Positions 7,941-14,489 of a stretch of 15,703 nucleotides of DNA are shown piece by piece. The DNA comes from Candidatus Krumholzibacteriia bacterium (GTDB lineage Bacteria; Krumholzibacteriota; Krumholzibacteriia; LZORAL124-64-63). The notes beneath the pieces are model-generated. The model was not told the origin of the DNA, searched no databases, and was given only the letters and a program-made list of their open reading frames with translations. Location of the stretch: the NCBI GenBank assembly GCA_036351155.1, contig JAZBOO010000032.1:1-15703 (forward strand). The letters run 5' to 3'. Every line of letters starts with the position of its first letter. Positions within the stretch are counted from its first letter, which is position 1. Position numbers and translations under genes: made by a program.

Positions 7941-9036
7941 TTTCAGACCCCGCGGAAAAGTGAGAATAGACACCTGACTCCCCCGCATAATAATGCACCG
8001 GGCCGGGTGAAGGCAATAAATGGGTCAGGGCTGTGCCATAAGTGGCCGGCAGTTCTCCCACTCTGCCGTTCTCTCGGTGCGCCAGGGCATGGCAGGCGCT
8101 GCACAGCATGGTCAGATTCTCGGGGGCGTTGGTCCCGCCACGGGCGCGGGGGATGATGTGGTGGATTTCGAGGTAGTGGTTATGGTGGCAGCCCGGGGTC
8201 TGGCAGCGGTGGCGGTCACGGGCCAGCACGAGCCGCCGGGTTTTCGGGGGAATGGTGGTGCGGTTGGGGTGGCCAGGCTCACTGATCTGGGCGTCGCATG
8301 AGATCCGCTCGGTTTCCTCAGGCGAAAGGGTGAGCTCGCCGCGCGCGGTTTGCACCGTGGCCTTTTCACAATCCGGGCACTGGTGCACGTGGATCTGGAC
8401 CGGGGGCGCGGCGGAGTTTTCCAACGGGTTGGAAATACCCGATTGCATCAAAGCCAGAAGCGCTTCCACCTTGTCCCCGGGCAGCCCGCCCTGCTTGCGC
8501 AGCTTCTCCCACAGCGCTTCGTAGCGGGCCAGCTGGGTGGGCGTCATTTCCAGAGTGACGCGCTGAGAAACCACCGCGGTCGGCAAGGTCTCTTCAGGCA
8601 GGAAGGATTCCTGCCTCTTGGCCACCTCGGCCGCCTTGCGCCTGGCCTTCTTTGCGGCATCCTTCAGCTGGGTGCGCGACTTGGTCAGTGCCAGATCGAC
8701 CCACTCCTTCTCGTTCTCCGGGCTGGCCACGCTCACGATGGTTCTGGTCCGCGCATAGCCGAGCTTCCCCTCCTCGACCTTCTTCTTCACAGCCGGCAGC
8801 TCATCCAGCTTTTCACAGATCTTCAGGAAGTCGTAGGCCTTGCTCTGGCTCCAGCCCAGTCCCTCTTGGGCATACAGCAACATGGAGGAGTACCCCAGGT
8901 CATAGTACAGCTTTCGCCGGTGAATCTCGCCGAACCAGAGAATGGCGTTCTGGCGGGCCATTTCCATGGCGTGGCTGGCTTTTTGGAGGTGGTGGTGAGC
9001 TTTCTTGGCCGGTAATCCCTTAATAAACGTCAGCAT
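7804..9036 (-). CDS. HNH endonuclease with DUF222/REP13E12-like helical N-terminal region
   Basis: N-terminal EIHRRKLYYDLGYSSM..YA...LG motif, CPDC, and C-terminal RRLVLARDRHRCQTPGC...LEIHHIIPRARGGTNAPENLTMLCSACHALAH. Start MLTFIK with AAGGA RBS. The 3' end overlaps the next gene by 137 nt. Confidence 0.88.
   Translation of the reverse strand: MLTFIKGLPAKKAHHHLQKASHAMEMARQNAILWFGEIHRRKLYYDLGYSSMLLYAQEGLGWSQSKAYDFLKICEKLDELPAVKKKVEEGKLGYARTRTIVSVASPENEKEWVDLALTKSRTQLKDAAKKARRKAAEVAKRQESFLPEETLPTAVVSQRVTLEMTPTQLARYEALWEKLRKQGGLPGDKVEALLALMQSGISNPLENSAAPPVQIHVHQCPDCEKATVQTARGELTLSPEETERISCDAQISEPGHPNRTTIPPKTRRLVLARDRHRCQTPGCHHNHYLEIHHIIPRARGGTNAPENLTMLCSACHALAHRENGRVGELPATYGTALTHLLPSPGPVHYYAGESGVYSHFSAGSENERSEQHRGNPGLRHRHGAKSRRSVHGDCRAGPEHAQPTAVPVLR
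7987..8016 (-). promoter_or_regulatory. Putative sigma70 promoter for the rubrerythrin-like gene
   Basis: Minus strand TTGCCT-18 nt-TATTAT, located inside the non-conserved-looking tail of the HNH ORF. Confidence 0.4.
8417..8436. repeat. Palindrome TTTTCCAAC-GG-GTTGGAAAT, copy inside the HNH gene
   Basis: 8-bp perfect arms. The 18-bp core is the exact reverse complement of the core at 9147-9164. It encodes ISNPLEN in the linker. Confidence 0.85.
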
Positions 9037-9075
9037 AGCGCTATCCTTGATTTTGTGCCTGTGGGAGGCTAGATC

Positions 9076-9104
9076 AATATAGCGAAAAAAAAACAAACAA
9101 GCAA
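9076..9104 (-). promoter_or_regulatory. Putative sigma70 promoter of the HNH gene
   Basis: Minus strand TTGCTT-17 nt-TATATT within a T-rich tract, with a further T-rich (UP-element-like) stretch upstream. Confidence 0.6.
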
Positions 9105-9145
9105 AGAAAAAAACACAAAACCATCAAGTCGCGGAAAAAGCCACA

Positions 9146-9165
9146 TTTTCCAACCCGTTGGAAAT
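9146..9165. repeat. Palindrome TTTTCCAAC-CC-GTTGGAAAT, copy upstream of the HNH gene
   Basis: Matches 8417-8436 at 18 of 20 positions as a direct repeat, and its 18-bp core matches perfectly as an inverted repeat. Confidence 0.85.
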
Positions 9166-9189
9166 TTCAACTCTTCCCATTGCAGCGGC

Positions 9190-10359
9190 TTACCGCGCCT
9201 TCCGCCACGCCTTTTCCGCCGGACCCACGATGCGCTCCCACACCTTCTCGGGCGAACCTTCCCCATCGACGGCCGTGACTTTCCGCTGCTTGGCGTAGAA
9301 GTCGACCACGGGCTGGCAAATCTTTTCATGCTGCTCCAGCCGGTGCACGATGGTGGCGGTTTCCAGATCGTAGCTCATGCGGCGGTCGGTTTTGCCGCGC
9401 TCGTCCAGCCGCTTGATGAGCTCGAGAGTGGGGCACCGGATGTCCAGCACGAAGCTGACGGAGGAGTGGATCTTGCGCAGCAGACCGTCCAGGATATAGG
9501 CTTGCACCAGAGTGCGCGGAAATCCCTTGAAGATGAAGCCGTTGGCGCCGGGATTCTTGCTGATGTGTTTTTCGATGAGCTTGATCACGATCTCGTCGCC
9601 CACCAGATCGCCCTTGTCCACCAGGGCCTGGACTTCCCGCCCGATGCTCGACCCCTTCTGGATCTCCTCCTTCAGCATCTCGCCGGTGGACAGGTACACC
9701 AGGTTGTATTCGCGGGCCAGATTGCGGGCCTGGGTGCCGCGTCCCGCCCCGGGATACCCCAGCAACACCACGTTGAACAGCACCTTGCGCAGTTCCTTTT
9801 CGATGACCTCTTCGATCTTGGCGTTGATCTCCTCGATGGTCCCCTCACCGGGAATGGCAAAATACAGCCCCTGATCCTTGTAGAACTGGGCCACGGGCGC
9901 CGTCTTCTCTTCATATTCTTTCAGGCGGTTCTTGATCACCTTTTCGGTGTCGTCGCTGCGGCCGCTGGTCTTGGCGCGGTGCAGCAGGCGCTTGAACGAT
10001 TCCTCGGGCGAGACCTCGAGGCTGAGCAGGCAGGTCAACGAGGTGTGCATTTTCAACAGCACACCTTCCAGGATGTAGGCCTGCACGAAGGTCCTTGGAA
10101 AACCGTCGAACAGGAATCCGGCCGCGTCGGGATTGGTGGTGATCTTTTTTTCGATGATCTGGACGATGATCTCGTCCGAGACCAGCCCACCCCGCTCGAT
10201 GATGGATTTGGCCGCCAGCCCCAGCTCGGTACCCTCGGCAATTTCCTGGCGCAGGATGTCACCGGTGGCGATGTACACCAGGTTGTGCTTTTTCATCAGG
10301 AGTTCGGACTGGGTGCCTTTGCCGGCGCCGGGCGCGCCGAAGAGAGCAATGTTCAGCAT
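9190..10359 (-). CDS. adk: Adenylate kinase with two tandem ADK domains (short-LID type)
   Basis: Domain 1: LFGAPGAGKGTQ, TGDILR, GFLFDGFPRT, RSDDTE. Domain 2: LLGYPGAGRGTQ, TGEMLK, GFIFKGFPRT. Start MLNIAL with GGAGG RBS; 389 aa. Confidence 0.93.
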   Translation of the reverse strand: MLNIALFGAPGAGKGTQSELLMKKHNLVYIATGDILRQEIAEGTELGLAAKSIIERGGLVSDEIIVQIIEKKITTNPDAAGFLFDGFPRTFVQAYILEGVLLKMHTSLTCLLSLEVSPEESFKRLLHRAKTSGRSDDTEKVIKNRLKEYEEKTAPVAQFYKDQGLYFAIPGEGTIEEINAKIEEVIEKELRKVLFNVVLLGYPGAGRGTQARNLAREYNLVYLSTGEMLKEEIQKGSSIGREVQALVDKGDLVGDEIVIKLIEKHISKNPGANGFIFKGFPRTLVQAYILDGLLRKIHSSVSFVLDIRCPTLELIKRLDERGKTDRRMSYDLETATIVHRLEQHEKICQPVVDFYAKQRKVTAVDGEGSPEKVWERIVGPAEKAWRKAR

Positions 10360-10362
10360 GAC

Positions 10363-10427
10363 AATACCTCCGTAGGGGAATTGTCGGCCAAGTGCGGGCC
10401 CAGGCAAAGTATTAATTCGGAGGTATT
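10363..10427 (-). promoter_or_regulatory. Candidate RBS-sequestering stem in the adk leader
   Basis: AATACCTCCG (10363-10372) and CGGAGGTATT (10418-10427) form a perfect 10-bp inverted repeat. On the mRNA one arm is the adk SD. Confidence 0.55.
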
Positions 10428-10948
10428 TATTCGGAAGGATCCAGCTCGAGAGGCGCGGGCTCCCAGACACCGGCGCCTGGCAACAGCACGGCCGCCCGCG
10501 GATGCACCGGGGCCAAGGCGAGCAAGGACACGGGCATCTGGGAGAACCAGAGGTGGGCGGGACATCCTGCACGGCAATCGCTGGCGCCAAAACCGGGGGC
10601 CAGCACCGTTCCGCCTATCTGGTACTGCACCAGACGATTCAGTTCACATTCGGTCAGCCCGGCATCGGCCGGGATCAGCACCGCGCCCACCGGCTCGGAA
10701 TCCAGCGCCGTGGACAGATAGTCCATGTGCCAGTGCACCTTCTTCTTCAGGCTCCAGTGCCGCTCCACCCGCTTGTGCAAGGCCCGACTGGCCGAGCCCA
10801 CATACATGTACCAACCGGCCGCAAAATGAAAACGGCCGAGGGCGCCGACCTGGATGAAGTCGGCGGTCCTCAGCCGCATCAGAAAGACGTACAGCCCGCT
10901 GTCGAAGACCTCGCAGTTTCCGCAGCGGGTGTTCGTCTGGTCGCTCAT
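10427..10948 (-). CDS. DUF123 / GIY-YIG (Uri superfamily) nuclease-like protein
   Basis: GLYVFLM...VGALG...GWYMYVGSA...RVERH...KKVHWHMDYL...EC...GFGASDC..CPAHL pattern. ATGA overlap with the upstream homoaconitase. Confidence 0.85.
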   Translation of the reverse strand: MSDQTNTRCGNCEVFDSGLYVFLMRLRTADFIQVGALGRFHFAAGWYMYVGSASRALHKRVERHWSLKKKVHWHMDYLSTALDSEPVGAVLIPADAGLTECELNRLVQYQIGGTVLAPGFGASDCRAGCPAHLWFSQMPVSLLALAPVHPRAAVLLPGAGVWEPAPLELDPSE

Positions 10949-12897
10949 TTCAGGCTGTTCCGGACCTGATTTTCCACACCACCGGCAATGACCACTTCCT
11001 GCACGGGAGTGCCCAGCGGGGTGAATGAAAAATCATTTCCCCGCCAGCTGATGACCGAGCGGGCGAAGTCCAGGTTCAAGGGCTCGTCGCCCACCACGGT
11101 GCGCACCCCCGACTTCTCTTGTTCTGCATAATGCGCACGCATCGCATCACTCAAGGCGGGGCATTCCACGCAGACAAACCCGTTGTTGATGGCGTTGCGC
11201 AGGTAAGTCTGGCTGTAGCTGCCGGCGATGACCAGCTTGATGCCCGCGGCCTGCAGCGCCGTGGCGGCCTGCTCGCGCGAACTGCCGGTGCCGAAGTTGT
11301 AGCCGGCCACCACCACGTCGCCATCCTGCACCAGGCCAGCAAAGGCAGGATCGTAGTTCTCCATCACCACTTCGGCCATCTTCTCGCGCGTGATGTCCTC
11401 ACGGTAGGTGTAGTCCTTGCTGTAGATGCCGTCGGTGTTCAGGTTGTCCGTGGGCAGGAACAGCACGCGGCCTTCGTGGCCGGCGGGGAATCCGTCCAGG
11501 ATGTCCACGGCGGCTGCGGCGCCACCGGTGGCAGCAAATTCCCGGTGCGCGCGCGCGGGCACGGTGTCCTGCAGGTCCAGATCATCGGGCCCGGTGATGA
11601 ACCCGGCCAGCGCACTGGCGGCCACCACGGCGGGGCTGGCCAGGTAGGCCTCGGCCTCGCGGCTGCCCATGCGGCCGCGGAAGTTGCGGTTGGTGGCGGA
11701 GATACCCACCTCGCCATCTTCCAGCAAACCGGTGCCCAGTCCGATGCACATGCCGCAACCGGGCGGCAGAGCGATGGCGCCGGCATTGACCAGCTTGCCC
11801 CACACGCCCGATTCCTCGGCCTGCTTCTGGATGGGCTCGCTGGCCGCGGCGATGTACAGTTCCACGCCCTCGGCCACCTTCTTGCCGTCGACCACGGCGG
11901 CGGCCTGCTCGATGTCACTCAGCCGGCTGTTGGTGCAGCTCACCAGGTAGGCCTTGTTGATGGCCTTCTTCTGCTTGTGCATCTCGGCCAGCGAGGTCAT
12001 GACCTGCACGGAGTGGGGCCCGCTGATGTGCGGTGTCACCTTGTCCAGGTCGAGGGTGATCTCGGCGGCGTAGACGGCGTCGGCGTCGGACCGCGGCGGA
12101 TCGTTCCGCCAGCCGGCCAGAGCCTCGTCGGTGATGCGCGTGGTGTTGCCGTTCTTCTTCAGCCAGGCCTGGCGCTCTTCCATGTACTTGACCGTCACCG
12201 CATCCACGGGGAACCAGCCCGCCAGGGCACCCCACTCGGTGGTCATGTTGCTGATGGTCAGGCGTTCATCCATGCTCAGGTGAGCCACGCCGCTGCCGCC
12301 AAACTCGATCACGGCGTTCAGGACCTCGCCCTGATTGTACAGGCCGCACAGGGTGATGATGACGTCCTTGCCGGTGACGCCGGTGCGCAGCTTGCCGTCC
12401 AGGTTCACCTTGACCGTGCGCGGCACCTGCCACCACACCGTGCCCAGAGCCCACAGGGCCGCCGCATCGGTGCGCACCACCGGGGTACCCAGGGCGCCCA
12501 GGGCGCCGTAGGTGTTGCTGTGGCTGTCGCTGGCCACGCAGAAGCCACCCGGTTGCACATAGCCCTCTTCCACCATGATCTGGTGGCCGATGCCCCGGCC
12601 GGCGGGATAGGCGTCCACCCCGTTTTCGGCGGCGAACTCTGCGATGGCCCGGTACTTCTCGAGGTTGCTGTCGCTCAGGTCCTGGATGTTGTGATCCAGG
12701 GTGAAAACCGGTTGCCGGGGATTCTTGATCCTGGGCACACCCAGGCCGCGGAACTTGCCCATGACGGCCGAGGTGTTGTCGTGGGTCATCACGTGATCGG
12801 GAACCAGGGTGACGTAATCACCGGAGCGGACTTCATGGTCGGCCTTCAGGCCAACGGCATGTGCCTGGACGATTTTTTCGATGACGGTCTGGGCCAT
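10945..12897 (-). CDS. lysF: Homoaconitase (single-chain aconitase family, large and swivel domains fused)
   Basis: HVMTHDNT, GRGIGHQIMVEEGY, ASDSHSNTYGALG, Fe-S ligands VSCTNSR and GCGMCIG, SATNRNFRGRMG. Swivel domain NLNTDGIY...YTY...NFGTGSSREQAA. These resemble fungal LYS4/LysF homoaconitase. Start MAQTVIEK with AGGAG RBS. Confidence 0.85.
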   Translation of the reverse strand: MAQTVIEKIVQAHAVGLKADHEVRSGDYVTLVPDHVMTHDNTSAVMGKFRGLGVPRIKNPRQPVFTLDHNIQDLSDSNLEKYRAIAEFAAENGVDAYPAGRGIGHQIMVEEGYVQPGGFCVASDSHSNTYGALGALGTPVVRTDAAALWALGTVWWQVPRTVKVNLDGKLRTGVTGKDVIITLCGLYNQGEVLNAVIEFGGSGVAHLSMDERLTISNMTTEWGALAGWFPVDAVTVKYMEERQAWLKKNGNTTRITDEALAGWRNDPPRSDADAVYAAEITLDLDKVTPHISGPHSVQVMTSLAEMHKQKKAINKAYLVSCTNSRLSDIEQAAAVVDGKKVAEGVELYIAAASEPIQKQAEESGVWGKLVNAGAIALPPGCGMCIGLGTGLLEDGEVGISATNRNFRGRMGSREAEAYLASPAVVAASALAGFITGPDDLDLQDTVPARAHREFAATGGAAAAVDILDGFPAGHEGRVLFLPTDNLNTDGIYSKDYTYREDITREKMAEVVMENYDPAFAGLVQDGDVVVAGYNFGTGSSREQAATALQAAGIKLVIAGSYSQTYLRNAINNGFVCVECPALSDAMRAHYAEQEKSGVRTVVGDEPLNLDFARSVISWRGNDFSFTPLGTPVQEVVIAGGVENQVRNSLK

Positions 12898-12972
12898 GAC
12901 TTCTCCTGGGTTTTCACCGGAAAAGGGGTTTGGTCCGGGGCCTCCGGGCAGCCCCCAAGGGGGTTTGAGCAC

Positions 12973-13000
12973 AATCTAGTACCTGGCCAGGCGGGTGCAA
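12973..13000 (-). promoter_or_regulatory. Putative sigma70 promoter for lysF
   Basis: Minus strand TTGCAC-16 nt-TAGATT. Confidence 0.35.
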
Positions 13001-13048
13001 AGCAGGCAATGGGCCCATCGCACCGAATTCCCCCCAAGCTGCTGGTAA

Positions 13049-13077
13049 TTGACAGTTTCGCCTGCCGGGTCTTTACT
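13049..13077 (+). promoter_or_regulatory. Putative sigma70 promoter for the nosL-ABC operon
   Basis: Consensus TTGACA at 13049-13054, 17-nt spacer and weak -10 TTTACT. Confidence 0.35.
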
Positions 13078-13113
13078 TGGGCCCATGGCGATTTATAACC
13101 CAACGGAGGACCC

Positions 13114-14220
13114 ATGATGAGGAAGATGTGGTGGGCGGTAATAGCTCTGGCGGTGACCGTGCTGGCGGTGCCGGCCATGGCTCAGATGTATCAGACGGTG
13201 GAACAGGATCAGGCCCAGTTGCTCCAGGACGGACCCGGCCGCCTGTACTGCCCCAACTGCGGCATGCATCTGGTGAAATTCTACCGCACCGGGCATGCCC
13301 TGAAGCAGCCCGACGGACACCTCGACCAGTACTGTTCGCTGCACTGCCTGGTCGAAGCAAATCCCCAATCGGTGATCGGCGCCCAGGTGGTGGATCAAGT
13401 CAGCCTCCAGTTCATTCCGGCGGCCGAGGCCACCTACGTGGTGGGCAGCGCCAAGCCCGGCACCATGACCATGAAGAGCAAGTATGCCTTCGCCGACTCG
13501 GCCCAGGCTCAGGCCTTCGCCGCCGAGCATGGTGGCCAGGTGATGGATTTCGCGGCCGCCCTCGAGATCGCCAGCGGTGGCCTGGCCATGGAAAACGAGA
13601 AGATCGGCGCCAAGCGCGCGCAGATGGCGCAGAAGGGGGAGAAGGTTTTTCAGACCTTCCTGAGCGATCTGGAATGGCCGGCATTCGACTCCATCGCCAG
13701 TGCGAAAACCTTCGTGGCTCAGACCCCGGCGGGCAGCCGGCTGAAGGACGATCAGCTGCAGGCGGTGGCGCTCTATCTGACCGGTCGGGGAAATGGGGCC
13801 GCCAAGGCGGGCCCTGCGATCACCGTGCCCGAAAAGGCCAAGTGCCCGGTGTGCGGCATGTTCGTGGCCAAGTACCCCAAGTGGGCGGCGTCTCTGACGC
13901 GTGCCGAGGGTGAAGTCTTTTACTTCGACGGGGTCAAGGACCTGATGAAGTTCGTGTTCGATCCCCAGGCCTACCATGTGGCCGGGAAGGTCCAGGACAG
14001 CGACACCATCCTGGTGACCGATTTTTACAATCTGGGCGCAATCGATGCCCGACAGGCCTTCTACGTGGTGGGCAGCAATATTTACGGGCCCATGGGCAAC
14101 GAACTGATCCCATTTGCCACCCGCGCCCAGGCCGAGGTCTTCCTGAAGGATCACAGCGGAGACCAGGTTGTGACGTACAGCGAGATCACCCCCGAGCTGG
14201 TGCGCCAGCTCGACCAGTAA
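13114..14220 (+). CDS. nosL: Periplasmic protein with two NosL-family metal-binding domains
   Basis: Signal peptide ending AMA/Q. Domain 1: CPNCGMHL...YCSLHCL...ATYVVGS..PGTMT...AFADSAQAQAF...HGG. Domain 2: CPVCGMFV..YPKW...FDGVKDLMKF...AFYVVGSNIYGPMGNELIPF...A..FLKDHSG. GGAGG RBS. Confidence 0.9.
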   Translation: MMRKMWWAVIALAVTVLAVPAMAQMYQTVEQDQAQLLQDGPGRLYCPNCGMHLVKFYRTGHALKQPDGHLDQYCSLHCLVEANPQSVIGAQVVDQVSLQFIPAAEATYVVGSAKPGTMTMKSKYAFADSAQAQAFAAEHGGQVMDFAAALEIASGGLAMENEKIGAKRAQMAQKGEKVFQTFLSDLEWPAFDSIASAKTFVAQTPAGSRLKDDQLQAVALYLTGRGNGAAKAGPAITVPEKAKCPVCGMFVAKYPKWAASLTRAEGEVFYFDGVKDLMKFVFDPQAYHVAGKVQDSDTILVTDFYNLGAIDARQAFYVVGSNIYGPMGNELIPFATRAQAEVFLKDHSGDQVVTYSEITPELVRQLDQ

Positions 14221-14234
14221 CGGAAAGGTCCGTC

Positions 14235-14489
14235 ATCACGTCACTTTCCCGGGCATATCTGCTGGCCTTGAGCGTGCTGCTGATGTGTGGTGTGGCCGTG
14301 GTGTTCCATGCGCGGGAAGCTGGCCGCAACCCTCGTCTTCGGCAGGTGGTGGCTGTGACGGGATTGCCGGGCCCGGCGGTGTCCTGGTCCTACCTCGAAT
14401 CCCGCTTCCTGATTGATCCCGTCCCGGGTGTCACGGTGCACCCGGCTCTGCCCCCACTGGACCAGGCGGGGTTTGCCCATGGGCGCTAG
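14235..14489 (+). CDS. Small single-TM hypothetical protein in the nosL-ABC operon (start uncertain: ATC 14235 or TTG 14268)
   Basis: Fills the gap between nosL and the permease and overlaps the permease start. It has an N-terminal hydrophobic helix YLLALSVLLMCGVAVVF followed by VTGLPGPAVS...P.LPP. Confidence 0.6.
   Translation: MTSLSRAYLLALSVLLMCGVAVVFHAREAGRNPRLRQVVAVTGLPGPAVSWSYLESRFLIDPVPGVTVHPALPPLDQAGFAHGR

Noticed and set aside
7951..9138. 9-bp direct repeat CGCGGAAAA (7951-7959 and 9130-9138) flanking the HNH gene as a possible target-site duplication
   Set aside because: It would exclude the upstream palindrome from the element and include the putative rubrerythrin promoter. A 9-mer match can arise by chance. 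An empty-site comparison is needed before accepting it.
9146..9165. Palindrome as a simple adk terminator
   Set aside because: The stem is AT-rich with a 2-nt centre and no adjacent U-tract, and this reading does not explain the second copy inside the HNH gene. A dual role is not excluded.
8417..9165. CRISPR array or IscB/omega-RNA system
   Set aside because: There are only two repeat copies about 730 bp apart, no cas genes, no RuvC or PLMP motifs in the HNH protein, and the roughly 150-bp upstream gap is largely taken up by the promoter.
10360..10590. Cys/Pro-rich 77-aa N-terminal extension of adk in the ORF track
   Set aside because: It overlaps DUF123 in another frame, and a strong GGAGG RBS marks the real start at 10359.
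9328..10857. 509-aa plus-strand ORF
   Set aside because: Antisense shadow of adk and DUF123.
11119..13098. 659-aa plus-strand ORF
   Set aside because: Antisense shadow of the homoaconitase gene.
13093..14154. 353-aa minus-strand ORF
   Set aside because: Antisense shadow of the nosL-like gene.
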